A stretch of DNA of 64,000 nt from positions 1,148,531 through 1,212,530 of the forward strand of contig CAVZDU010000001.1 of the NCBI GenBank assembly GCA_963774265.1, read 5' to 3'. Positions 43,797 to 54,813 of this stretch are shown piece after piece. The number at the start of each line of letters is the position of its first letter. The stretch's first letter is position 1. The translations under genes and the position numbers were made by a program. Below the pieces are notes generated by a model, which made no database searches, was not told where the DNA came from, and worked only from the letters and a program-made list of their open reading frames with translations. This stretch comes from an uncultured Chloroflexia bacterium (lineage in GTDB: Bacteria > Chloroflexota > Anaerolineae > CG2-30-64-16).

Positions 43797-44165
43797 ATGA
43801 AGCAGCAAATTGCAGTCAAGCCGCGTGATGGTTTCACAACCAGCCTCGGCGTCATCGCAGCCACGCTTGGTTCGGCGATTGGATTGGGCAACATCTGGAA
43901 GTTCCCATCCCTTACGGGTACAAATGGCGGTGCAGCGTTCCTGGTCTTGTATCTCGCGTGCACCCTGCTTGTGGGCTTGCCCGTCATGATCTCTGGGTTG
44001 GCCCTTGGGCGATGGGCGCGCAGCGAGGCAGTGGCTACGTTGTCCAACGATGGAATGCTGCACAACCGGCGGATGGTGCGGCTGACCCTGGGGGTAGTGA
44101 AGTTCGTGACGCCTGTGCTCGTGTTTGTGGTGTTGTTGAGCGGCTTGGGGGTAATCAAGCTGTAG
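43797..44165 (+). pseudogene. Sodium:neurotransmitter symporter (SNF) family remnant with an in-frame internal deletion
   Basis: The N-terminus (GFTTSLGVIAATLGSAIGLGNIWKFP...GGAAFLVLYL..LLVGLPVMISGLALGR, i.e. TM1-2) is joined directly to a C-terminal last-TM segment (VKFVTPVLVFVVLLSGLG). It is 122 aa, against roughly 450-500 aa for the family. Confidence 0.6.
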
Positions 44166-44241
44166 TCAGATGTGGGGCCTGGCCACCTGGTCTGGCCCCG
44201 CATCTCTGCTCCCGATTATCGCACGATATTATCGCACTACA

Positions 44242-44580
44242 CTATCGCACGATCGCCGAAATAATCCACGTCAAGATGCTGAGCACGATTGCCGCAATCA
44301 AGGCGCCAAGGAAGCCGTTTACATGCACGCCCTTCACCAGTGCTCCCATGAGCATGATCATCAATGCATTTAGGACCAGCAAGAACAAGCCCAACGTGAG
44401 GATCGTGATGGGCAGCGACAGAAACACAAGGATCGGACGCACGAACGCGTTAAGCAGGCCCAACACCAGCGCCGCAATCAGCGTGGTGGTAAGGTCGGGG
44501 ATCTGCAGGCCTAGATTCAGCCGCGAAACGATGAAGAGGCCGGCTGCCGTGATCAGAACAGTAACGATGAAATTGGTCAT
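44242..44580 (-). CDS. Phage-holin-4_2 / YvlD-like 4-TM membrane protein
   Basis: MTNFIVTVLITAAGLFIVS...NAFVRPILVFLSLPITILTLGLFLLVLNALM. Confidence 0.6.
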   Translation of the reverse strand: MTNFIVTVLITAAGLFIVSRLNLGLQIPDLTTTLIAALVLGLLNAFVRPILVFLSLPITILTLGLFLLVLNALMIMLMGALVKGVHVNGFLGALIAAIVLSILTWIISAIVR

Positions 44581-44645
44581 ATTGCCCTCCCAACCATAGA
44601 TTCATACACTAATACGCACGATACAGTAAGTAAGTTTCCCCCTGG

Positions 44646-44654
44646 TGCTATAAT
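44646..44654 (+). promoter_or_regulatory. Extended -10 element (TGcTATAAT) 6 nt upstream of the SDR ATG, suggesting a leaderless mRNA
   Basis: TGCTATAAT gtctcc ATG. No Shine-Dalgarno sequence. Confidence 0.35.
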
Positions 44655-44660
44655 GTCTCC

Positions 44661-45600
44661 ATGAACGAGTATGACGTTTGGGTGTCTCGATATATCCCGC
44701 GCATGGACGGCAAAACCATCCTCATCACGGGCGCGAACAGCGGCCTGGGCTTTGAGACTGCGAAGCTGCTGGCGACTCGGGGCGCACGCCTGATACTGGC
44801 GACCCGCAACCGCGATAAGGGCGAGGCGGCCATCGCTCGGATCTGCGAGGTGGCGCCGGACTTACAGTGCGAGCTTCTGCTTCTGGATCTGGCCGATTTG
44901 GTCTCCATCGGCCGCTTTGCGGAGAATGTGCGTGAAGCACACTCCCGATTGCATGGGCTGATCAATAGCGCGGGTGTGATGGCCATCCCTCAGCGCAACA
45001 CTGTCGATGGTTTTGAGATGCAGTTCGGGACAAACCACCTCGGCCACTTTGCGCTCACCGGCCTGCTGTTGCCCCTCCTGCTGCACACACCCGGCGCGGC
45101 GGGTGGTCACCGTGTCCAGCGCGATCCACATGATCGGCCGGATCAACTTCGATGACTTGCAGAGCGTGAACAAGTACAGTGATTGGCGCGCCTATGCACA
45201 GAGTAAGCTCGCCAACTTACTGTTCGCCTACGAATTGCAGCATCGTTTTGCAAACAACTCTGTAGATGCCATGAGCCTGGCTGTCCAGCCCGGCTATGCC
45301 TCAACCAACCTGCAGAGTGTGAGCCCGGCCATGACCGAATCGAGGTGGCGACAGGCGATGATGCAATTGTCCAACCGTATCATCGCCCAGAGCGCAGCCA
45401 TGGGCGCGCTTCCCGCCGTCTATGCCGCGACATCTCCACACGCGCACGGCGGGGATTACATCGGGCCGGACGGTTTTCTGGGTCAGCACGGATTCCCGAA
45501 GAAGACTCGATCCAGCGCCGTCGCTCATGATGTAGAAAGTGCCAGGAAGCTGTGGCAGATATCGGAAGAACTGACCGGCGTGCAGTATGCCTTCAAGTAA
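44661..45600 (+). CDS. Short-chain dehydrogenase/reductase (classical SDR), with one frame break at ~45095
   Basis: TGANSGLGFETA, NSAGVM, YAQSKLANLLF across ORFs 44661..45155 and 45007..45600. Confidence 0.8.
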
Positions 45601-45610
45601 GAATGGAGGG

Positions 45611-45669
45611 GCGCCACAGAGGACACCGAGTGCCTCGAAGGCTTGTTACCCCGGTGGTCTCTGTGGCAC
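45611..45669. terminator. Long hairpin between the convergent SDR and acs genes, built from GCCACAGAG/CTCTGTGGC arms
   Basis: GCCACAGAGGACACCG ... CGGTGGTCTCTGTGGC. Confidence 0.45.
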
Positions 45670-45693
45670 CTGGCTCTCAGTTCCGCAACTCTC

Positions 45694-47607
<1,914 letters not shown>

Positions 47608-47657
47608 GGCTTTCCCTCCGCAAACGTAGCAAGTGGCTTCATACAAGTATAAATCGA

Positions 47658-47686
47658 ATTATACATAAATTGGTTACAAGATGCAA
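47658..47686 (-). promoter_or_regulatory. Candidate acs promoter
   Basis: Minus strand: TTGCAT, 17-nt spacer, TATAAT. Confidence 0.4.
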
Positions 47687-47724
47687 TGCCGTACTCTTGC
47701 TAGCTTCAATATGACACGGGCTGG

Positions 47725-47752
47725 TTGACGCTTGAGAAAATGAGGCTATAAT
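47725..47752 (+). promoter_or_regulatory. Candidate rex promoter
   Basis: TTGACG, 16-nt spacer, TATAAT. Confidence 0.45.
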
Positions 47753-47814
47753 TCGTACAAATAGTAACGAACTTACCCCGGTCCGTTCGACGTCCGTGGG
47801 CGAGGAGCACATCT

Positions 47815-48498
47815 ATGACCGATATCCGCTCTGTCGGCATCCCGGCACCCAGCCTCCGTCGTTTGCCGTTGTACTACCGGCATCTGAGGCAGTCCCTCGA
47901 CAAGGGCCGCGGCAGCGTGTCATCCAAGGAGCTTGGCGACGCGGCTGATGTGCCTGATGCGCAGGTCCGCAAGGATTTGGGCTATCTGGCATATGAGGGT
48001 CGGCCCGGTGTAGGATATGATGCCAGGCTGCTGGCAGCGTGCCTGGAAGAGTTCCTGGGGCTGGTCAATGACAAGGAGGCTGTTCTCGTCGGTCTTGGCA
48101 ATCTGGGACATGCGCTGGTTAACTATCCGGGATTTGAGCGGTACGGTTTACATATTATCGCGGTCTTCGACGGCGACCCGGGGAAGTTGGGCCGGCTGCC
48201 TGACGGCCGGCAGGTGTTCGCGGTGGGAAGGCTGTCCGACCTGGTGCGCCGGCTCCAGGTGCGCATCGGCATCATCACTGTGCCGGAGTCTGCCGCACAG
48301 GCCGTTGCCGACGCCCTAATTGCCGGTGGGGTGCAGGTGATCTGGAACTTCGCTTCATGCAAGCTGAATGTCCCTGCGGATGTGCTGGTGAAGAACGAAG
48401 ACCTTGCCGCTGAACTGGCGACGCTGTCGCACTATATTACGCAGCGGAAACTCGGAATCGATGAGACGCCCGGGCGCCAAGATGCCGGCATCGTCTAG
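47815..48498 (+). CDS. rex: Redox-sensing transcriptional repressor Rex
   Basis: PSLRRLPLYYRHL, SSKELGDAADV..AQVRKDLGYL, Rossmann motif VGLGNLGHALVNY. Confidence 0.85.
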   Translation: MTDIRSVGIPAPSLRRLPLYYRHLRQSLDKGRGSVSSKELGDAADVPDAQVRKDLGYLAYEGRPGVGYDARLLAACLEEFLGLVNDKEAVLVGLGNLGHALVNYPGFERYGLHIIAVFDGDPGKLGRLPDGRQVFAVGRLSDLVRRLQVRIGIITVPESAAQAVADALIAGGVQVIWNFASCKLNVPADVLVKNEDLAAELATLSHYITQRKLGIDETPGRQDAGIV

Positions 48499-48550
48499 TT
48501 CCACAGGGTGCAACTGTCAATCCTAGGTCCCAAGTCGCTCTGGAGAGTGC

Positions 48551-48796
48551 ATGCTAACGATCGTCATTTGTGTGGGTAGTTCTTGTTACGTTCGTGGATC
48601 CGAGGATCTGGCCGCGGCCTTCGACCGGCTGATCAGGGAGCGCGACCTGGCCGCGCGGATAGAGTTAACCGGCGCATTCTGTATGGATCAGTGTTCCATG
48701 GGTGTCTCGGTCCGCGTGGGCGACAGGGTGTATGGCGGCGTTGATGCGACGGATCCCGTCGGGTTCTTCGAGCGTGAAGTGGCGCCGTGTTTATGA
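48551..48796 (+). CDS. Thioredoxin-like [2Fe-2S] ferredoxin (NuoE/HydC-like)
   Basis: 81 aa with the Cys pattern C-x4-C ... C-x3-C (CVGSSC ... CMDQC). Confidence 0.6.
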   Translation: MLTIVICVGSSCYVRGSEDLAAAFDRLIRERDLAARIELTGAFCMDQCSMGVSVRVGDRVYGGVDATDPVGFFEREVAPCL

Positions 48797-48868
48797 ATCC
48801 CGACAACGGCCCGCTTATCTCCATTTTGATCGGTAACGCAACAACGCCACCAAAGAGGAAGTGATTGC

Positions 48869-50029
48869 GTGGAGCCTATTGTCGAATTTGCCTGGAAAAG
48901 CCTGTGCAAGCATGGCGAAGAGTTGTGCGGGGATTGGGCTAAGGTCGTTTCAACTGACGAGGACTTGATTGTTGTGCTCTCGGATGGGTTGGGCAGTGGG
49001 GTGAAGGCCAACATCCTCGCCACGCTCAGCGCCCAGATTGCCGCGGATATGCTGCAAAAGGGCGCGAGCATCGATGAAGTGGTCGAGACCCTGGTCGAGA
49101 CACTGCCGGAGTGCCAGGTGCGCCACCTGGCGTATGCCACTTTTGCGGTCCTGCGCATCCACAAGGCGCGTGAAGCCTATCTGGCTGAGTATGACAGCCC
49201 GCCGCTTTTTCTCATTCGCGGTGGGCAGGTCGTTGGGCCGCCGATGCGTGAACGGGTCATCGCAGGACGAACGATTCGAGAAGGGCACTTCACACTGGAG
49301 TTGGACGACTACCTCGTGCTCGTGAGCGACGGCTACATCCATGCGGGTGTGGGCGGACTATATCGGATGGGATGGGGCTGGAACAATATTGGTATCGCAG
49401 TGCAGCGTTGGGCCGCGACCAGGGGCGACACGCATCAGTTGGTCCATGCGCTCAGCCGTACGTGCCTGAAGCTATCCAAGGATACACCGGGCGACGACGC
49501 TACGGCGGTGGCTATGTGGGTGCGCCCTCAGCGCAAGGCGACCGTGCTAACGGGTCCACCCGCCGACACGACCCGCGATTCTGAGGCGGTGCACAAGTTG
49601 ATGGCCACCACCGGCGTGAAGGCCATCTGTGGCGGGACCACTGCGCAGATGGCGGCACGCGTATTGGGTAAACCGCTCAGGGTGGCCTGGCCGCCTGCCC
49701 GCCGTGGCGCCGGGCGAAAACTGCCGCCTGCAGGCTTGTTGGAAGGCGTGGACCTGGTAACCGAGGGCATTCTCACGCTGAGTTCTGCGGTCGATTGTCT
49801 GCGCGATGTGCGAACGGTGCACGACCTATCGAACGATCAGGATGCAGCAACACAGCTGGTCCGTGCGCTGCTCGGCGCTGACCAGATTCACTTTATTGTC
49901 GGTGACGCGATCAACCCACAGCAGCTAGCCGATGTGGTACGCGGGGTGCCGATGCGCCAGATCTATCTGGATGAGTTGGTTGCGAAGTTGCGCGAGCGGA
50001 ATAAGACAGTGACAGTGGAGCATCTGTGA
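48869..50029 (+). CDS. SpoIIE/PP2C-family serine phosphatase with an extra C-terminal domain
   Basis: GDWAKVVSTDEDLIVVLSDGLGSGVKANILA...LVLVSDGY...GDDATAV. Confidence 0.7.
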   Translation: MEPIVEFAWKSLCKHGEELCGDWAKVVSTDEDLIVVLSDGLGSGVKANILATLSAQIAADMLQKGASIDEVVETLVETLPECQVRHLAYATFAVLRIHKAREAYLAEYDSPPLFLIRGGQVVGPPMRERVIAGRTIREGHFTLELDDYLVLVSDGYIHAGVGGLYRMGWGWNNIGIAVQRWAATRGDTHQLVHALSRTCLKLSKDTPGDDATAVAMWVRPQRKATVLTGPPADTTRDSEAVHKLMATTGVKAICGGTTAQMAARVLGKPLRVAWPPARRGAGRKLPPAGLLEGVDLVTEGILTLSSAVDCLRDVRTVHDLSNDQDAATQLVRALLGADQIHFIVGDAINPQQLADVVRGVPMRQIYLDELVAKLRERNKTVTVEHL

Positions 50030-50065
50030 TTGGATGTCGTAGAGGATGATCGAGTGAGGAAGGCA

Positions 50066-50419
50066 ATGGATCCCGAGTTTCTTGTGGTCCTGGTGACCGT
50101 TTCTGACGCGGACACGGGGGTCCAACTCGGCCGGCAGCTCGTCGAAGAGCATCTGGCGGCATGCGTGCAGGTGATGCCGGTTGGCACGGCAATCTACCGG
50201 TGGCAGGGAGAACTCTATGTGGAACCCCAAGCGCAGGTGCTCATCAAGACACGGAAGACCTTGTGGGAGAGTCTGCGCGCCCGTGTGGTCGAGCTTCACC
50301 CCGACCAGGTCCCGGAGATCCTCGCACTGCCGATCGTAGATGGTCTTCCTGCGTATCTGGGCTGGCTGCGCGAGTCAACTGGGGCGCCTGACGCTTCCAA
50401 TGAGTCCCTATCGCAGTGA
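50066..50419 (+). CDS. cutA: Divalent-cation tolerance protein CutA
   Basis: VVLVTVSD...LVEEHLAACVQVMP.GTAIYRWQGEL...ELHPDQVPEILALPI. Confidence 0.75.
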   Translation: MDPEFLVVLVTVSDADTGVQLGRQLVEEHLAACVQVMPVGTAIYRWQGELYVEPQAQVLIKTRKTLWESLRARVVELHPDQVPEILALPIVDGLPAYLGWLRESTGAPDASNESLSQ

Positions 50420-50461
50420 TCCGGTGCGTGCGTGGCACTGGACGCGCATTTGAGGGCAACG

Positions 50462-50496
50462 AAAACCGGGCCCCGCTGTATGGGAGGCCCGGTTTT
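50462..50496. terminator. Bidirectional terminator between cutA and the cytochrome c gene
   Basis: AAAACCGGGCC ... GGCCCGGTTTT. Confidence 0.55.
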
Positions 50497-50510
50497 GAGT
50501 TGTGTGATCT

Positions 50511-50921
50511 TTACTTCAGCGACAACAGGTAGGCCACAAGATCGTTGAGTTGAGTGTCGCTTACGACACCTTTGAAAACTGGCATCACCCCTACCGCATA
50601 TCCCTTGGGCGCATGCGAGTTCGGATCAACGATGGAATTGCGGATGTACTGCTCGGCCGACTGGCCCTGAACCTCTTTACCAGCGCGCGCCCCGATGCCC
50701 TGCAGAGATGGCCCAACCAGCTTGGAACCATCCAGCGAGTGGCAAGTGACGCACCCCACATTAGCGCCGATCGTCTGTTGCGCAAATAGCGCCTTGCCGG
50801 CGTTCACGTCGCCGGCCCCACCGGTGCTTCCGGTCGGTGTAGTCGTGCTGCTGCCACCACCGCAAGCCGCCAACAGGGCCATGCCGACTACCAGCACCAC
50901 CAACAGATAACGTGTCCTCAT
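50511..50921 (-). CDS. Class I c-type cytochrome lipoprotein
   Basis: Lipobox LAAC, a single CVTCH, and a distal Met region (GVMPVF). Confidence 0.75.
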   Translation of the reverse strand: MRTRYLLVVLVVGMALLAACGGGSSTTTPTGSTGGAGDVNAGKALFAQQTIGANVGCVTCHSLDGSKLVGPSLQGIGARAGKEVQGQSAEQYIRNSIVDPNSHAPKGYAVGVMPVFKGVVSDTQLNDLVAYLLSLK

Positions 50922-51025
50922 AGGTTTCTCCTTAACTGACTTGATGCGCCTTCAAACGCGAATAGGACCCACTCATTATCCCACTATTCAGGTCGAAGGC
51001 CAGTGAGTTGCTATCCAAAGAGCAT

Positions 51026-52213
51026 TTACGGCTGCAGGTTCGCCTGGATTACGCCGCGCACACCGTTTATCAACCAATCCGGATCCTCCGCAGCGGCCTG
51101 CTCAGCCTGACCTGGGGCGAGGCCAACAATCAACTGTGACTTGAAGGTGCGCAGCGCAACGAGAGAGGCTGGAAAATAGGCTGTGGTTTCGACGAAAGAC
51201 GTTGTGGGCGGCCAGTGCGCGTCGCCGACCAGTCGCCGGTAGTTGGCGTCGCCCTTGATGATGACCAGGTCCAGCCTACCAAGCGCTGTGCGGAGGTCCG
51301 CGGGCATCTCCTCGAAGAACAAGGACGAGCAGTAGAAGGCATGCGTTTGCGGCTGCAGATCGCCCGCAGCCACGTGGGCATCGATTCGGCGGCCCAGCCG
51401 CGCGGCCAGTCCGCCCGCTTCGATGAGCGCATCCGTCCCGGCAGCCAGATCGGGGATCATCGCATCGGACACGTAGAACGGCTGGGGCTTCAGGTGCAGG
51501 TGGATCTCGGAGGCCAGGTCAGTGCTCAGAAGGAAGTCGGCCAATGCGGCATCCATCAGCAGCTCCGTGCCCGCGTTATCAGCGATGATGCCGATGCGGC
51601 CGCCTTCATGGGCCAGGACGTGTGCCCAGACCGCCGCCCAATCATCGACCGGGAGATTCGCTCGCTCCTGGTCGGGCGCGGCCGTCGCCCCCAGATCCGC
51701 GGCCACCGTATAGCTCAGGTCCGTCCGATTGCCCCACAAACTAGCGTGGAGCAACTGCTCGAAGCGGGTCTCCATATCGCCGGACAAATTGGCCAGCAGC
51801 CGCGCGACCGCCGCAGGCGCGACGTCGCGCGCCCACTCTTTGCGCTTCGTGCTCGCGAATGGATCGAACCCGTGGAGCGGACCAGGGCCGAAGTAGCCGG
51901 TGGCCTCAAGGACGCGGCGGTAGAAATAAGCCTCCGCCCAATGCCACGGGACATCGAGCCATGTGCGGCCAAAATAGGGTGCGGAGCGCGTGTTCCAGTC
52001 GACCGCATCCGCTGACGCCTGTCGCAGTGGACGGATCCGCCCACCAATGAGTTCGGCGTGGAGGGCCTCCAATTCCTGGAGGACATCGGCCGGAAAGTCA
52101 TTGGCTGCGATCATGTCTCGCAAGATGCGCGGGACACGCACCTTGAGCGTGTTGTGGGCGAATGTGCCGGCCTCGGAAGTCAGCAGAAGGGGCGGTCGAT
52201 CGGGCCGGCTCAT
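51026..52213 (-). CDS. DUF89/ARMT1-family damage-control phosphatase
   Basis: IIADNAGTELLMD..., IIKGDANYRRLVGD. Confidence 0.65.
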   Translation of the reverse strand: MSRPDRPPLLLTSEAGTFAHNTLKVRVPRILRDMIAANDFPADVLQELEALHAELIGGRIRPLRQASADAVDWNTRSAPYFGRTWLDVPWHWAEAYFYRRVLEATGYFGPGPLHGFDPFASTKRKEWARDVAPAAVARLLANLSGDMETRFEQLLHASLWGNRTDLSYTVAADLGATAAPDQERANLPVDDWAAVWAHVLAHEGGRIGIIADNAGTELLMDAALADFLLSTDLASEIHLHLKPQPFYVSDAMIPDLAAGTDALIEAGGLAARLGRRIDAHVAAGDLQPQTHAFYCSSLFFEEMPADLRTALGRLDLVIIKGDANYRRLVGDAHWPPTTSFVETTAYFPASLVALRTFKSQLIVGLAPGQAEQAAAEDPDWLINGVRGVIQANLQP

Positions 52214-52214
52214 G

Positions 52215-53153
52215 TCATCTCACCTCCTCCAGGAGCTCGCGCATTTCCAGCGGCACACCTTTGCGCTCATCGCGGACGAGGTTCAGCGCGCCCTGCCCGC
52301 ATTTGTCGACGCACACGCCGCATCCCATGCACGCTTCCCAGTCTACCTGCGAGCGTCCATCCACCAGATCGAGCGCACGGAACTGGCACGTGTCAACGCA
52401 CTCGCCACAGCCTATGCACAGATCAACGTCGGCCTGGCTGACATAGCCCGAGGAAGCCAGCATCGGCACACCGTTGAAATGAGCGTGCATCGCACCACAG
52501 CAGCACTCGCAGCAGTTGCAGATGGCGTAGAAGCGGCCCAGCATGGCGTCCTTGAAGAACGCGTGATGGACATGTCCACGTTCGTGTTCTTCGCTCAGGA
52601 TTTGTGCCGCCTCGTCCCCGTCGATCCGGCGCGACCGCTGCGGCTGATGCTCCGTGATGAAGCTGGCGAACGGCTCCCCGACGATCAGGCACACGTCCAG
52701 TGGCTGGCAAGGGGTGGGCCGCGCGGTCCGGCAGGGGCATTGCAGGACGACGATGTGATCGGGGTTCTTGAGGATGATGTTCCGCGCCAGGGCGTAGGGG
52801 ATGATCTGTTCCAGATCGCCGAGGTCGACATCGCGGCCGACCCGGACGAGCTGCGTGGCGGCCTCCAGCGTCAGCACCTTGCCGTGATACGTGTCTGCGA
52901 AGCCAACGCCCTGCGCGCTCTCTTCGGCAGCCTGGCGCGCCCCTTCCTTGCGGATCAGGCCGTCGATCCAGGCGATCAGGGGCTTCGCTTTCCTGGCAAG
53001 TGGATGCTCGCCTGTGCCGATACCGATATACAGATAGGGCCAACGCGCGTAGACATAGCCGTGGATCAGGTCGAACAAGGAGTAGCCGCGCGTGCGCCGG
53101 GCCTCGCGGATGAATGCCCGGGTGGATGACCGGGGAAGGAGCGGTATGCGCAT
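52215..53153 (-). CDS. Cys-rich 4Fe-4S-binding protein
   Basis: CPCRT, CNCCECCCG, CIGCGECVDTC and CMGCGVCVDKC motifs. Confidence 0.6.
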   Translation of the reverse strand: MRIPLLPRSSTRAFIREARRTRGYSLFDLIHGYVYARWPYLYIGIGTGEHPLARKAKPLIAWIDGLIRKEGARQAAEESAQGVGFADTYHGKVLTLEAATQLVRVGRDVDLGDLEQIIPYALARNIILKNPDHIVVLQCPCRTARPTPCQPLDVCLIVGEPFASFITEHQPQRSRRIDGDEAAQILSEEHERGHVHHAFFKDAMLGRFYAICNCCECCCGAMHAHFNGVPMLASSGYVSQADVDLCIGCGECVDTCQFRALDLVDGRSQVDWEACMGCGVCVDKCGQGALNLVRDERKGVPLEMRELLEEVR

Positions 53154-53321
53154 GACAGGTCTCCTCGCAGACGACGTGCCTGGGTGTTTGCAGGCTGGCA
53201 GCTACGCCAGGGTCCGGTCGAGGGCGGTCATTGAGCCACGTCGTGACGCCGGAGCGCCCAACGGCTGCCCCCGATGATGATCGCCACGCCGAGCAAGGTC
53301 CCGAAGGCGGCTGCAAGCGGG

Positions 53322-54698
53322 TCAGCGCGGCAGTGTGTCGGCCGCCCACAGGGCATAGGGCAACAGAAAGAGAACACCCGCGGCGACACAGATGAGCAAG
53401 GGGCGCCATATCCTAGCGGCGCCTTGCTGGAGCAACCTGACCAGGGCGATGACCGTCATGATCAGGAGGATGACGCCCAGCACCAGCATCGCACCCAACG
53501 TCAGCATCGAGCCGTAGCCGTGGGTCAGCGCAGGCGGGAACAGGCTCACCACAGCCGCCCAGATAGCCCACGCCACGACAAGGGCGAAGATCCAAGCGGG
53601 CTTGGCCCGGCTGAAAGCGCCGCTCGCCAGTGTGTTGAAACTCAGCAAGGCGAGACCTGCTGCCAGGAGGATTTCTCCGACGAGCAACTGGAAGAAATCG
53701 AACGCGCCGCTGACCTCAATCGGCCGGTAAGCGCCGACCGCGATCCCTCGCCAGGCGCCACTTGGGTCCTGCACCAGCACCCCTGCATGGCCCATCGCGA
53801 AGATCGCGTTGCCGGTGCGCCGGTCGATCTTTCCATCCATCGGCGTGGGGCGCAGCTCAGCGGAAGAAGACGATCGCTGCCGGGTGGCGGCTTCCACCGC
53901 CTCGCTCATGCTCTCGATCTGATAGACCGTACGCCAGGTCGCGCCGCCGTCCTCGGAAAGCTCGATACTCTGGCCGGGCGTGAAGCGGTAGCTGCGCAGC
54001 TCATTCCGCGGATCAGTGACCGTGATCGACCTGCCAGCCGCGTCCTGCCAAGGACTGGGGCAGGACACGGCCGGCGCGTGGGTCGGCAGTTCCCAGGTCA
54101 GCCCGCCGTCCGTGCTGAGGTAGCTGCTGTAAGTCGTGTGGGCCAGCACCTCGCCGTCGTGCTCGTCCAGGCAGTAGATGCCGGGGTCGGGCGCAGGCGA
54201 GTTCGCGACGGTCAGCAGGGCTGCCATGACCAGCGCGGCCCAGCCGGGCGCGGCCAGCTCGATCCGACCGTCCGCGGGTTCCGGGGTTCGCGCCCACAGG
54301 ATGGCACTGGCGGCCAGGGCGAGCAGCGCAACGAGGTCGGTGGGGTCGCGGCGCCAGCCAACGGAGAAGCCCAGCACGCGCTCTGCCAGCGTCACAACGG
54401 CCTCATGCGCGATGGGCAGGGTCTTGGCGGCCGCGAACACGGCCGCCACCGACCCGAAGGCCAGCCACCCCACCACTGCGGAGCGCCGCGGGCCGCGGCC
54501 GGGCAGCACCAGCGCCACGAGTGCGGCCGCCAGGAGGGGCACGAAGAACAACCAGGCGAAGTCCCCCAGTTTGCCGGTGAGCGCGGACGGCCAGGCGCGG
54601 CGAAGCAGATGATCGTTGATGAGCAACAGGCCGATCGCTGCGAGCGTCGCGGGATGCACTGACAGGCGCAATGCTTTGCGGAGCGTCGGATCGTTCAT
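53322..54698 (-). CDS. Polytopic membrane protein with a central extracytoplasmic Asp-box (BNR) region
   Basis: STDGGLTWE and SEDGGATWR Asp-boxes lie between N- and C-terminal TM bundles. Confidence 0.5.
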   Translation of the reverse strand: MNDPTLRKALRLSVHPATLAAIGLLLINDHLLRRAWPSALTGKLGDFAWLFFVPLLAAALVALVLPGRGPRRSAVVGWLAFGSVAAVFAAAKTLPIAHEAVVTLAERVLGFSVGWRRDPTDLVALLALAASAILWARTPEPADGRIELAAPGWAALVMAALLTVANSPAPDPGIYCLDEHDGEVLAHTTYSSYLSTDGGLTWELPTHAPAVSCPSPWQDAAGRSITVTDPRNELRSYRFTPGQSIELSEDGGATWRTVYQIESMSEAVEAATRQRSSSSAELRPTPMDGKIDRRTGNAIFAMGHAGVLVQDPSGAWRGIAVGAYRPIEVSGAFDFFQLLVGEILLAAGLALLSFNTLASGAFSRAKPAWIFALVVAWAIWAAVVSLFPPALTHGYGSMLTLGAMLVLGVILLIMTVIALVRLLQQGAARIWRPLLICVAAGVLFLLPYALWAADTLPR

Positions 54699-54813
54699 GC
54701 GGGCATTATAGCATGCGTTGACACAACCCGCCCCCCGGTGCTATCCTCGGCATGCTGGCCAAGCCAGCAGCACCACGTTGTGGGTGCGATTCAGCCACGA
54801 GAGGCCAGCCAGC

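Noticed and set aside
47753-47777. Imperfect inverted repeat AATTCGTAC-N6-GTAACGAACTT downstream of the rex -10 box as a Rex operator
   Set aside because: It matches the TTGTGAA-N4-TTCACAA consensus poorly and the arms are asymmetric. It is mentioned only as something to test.
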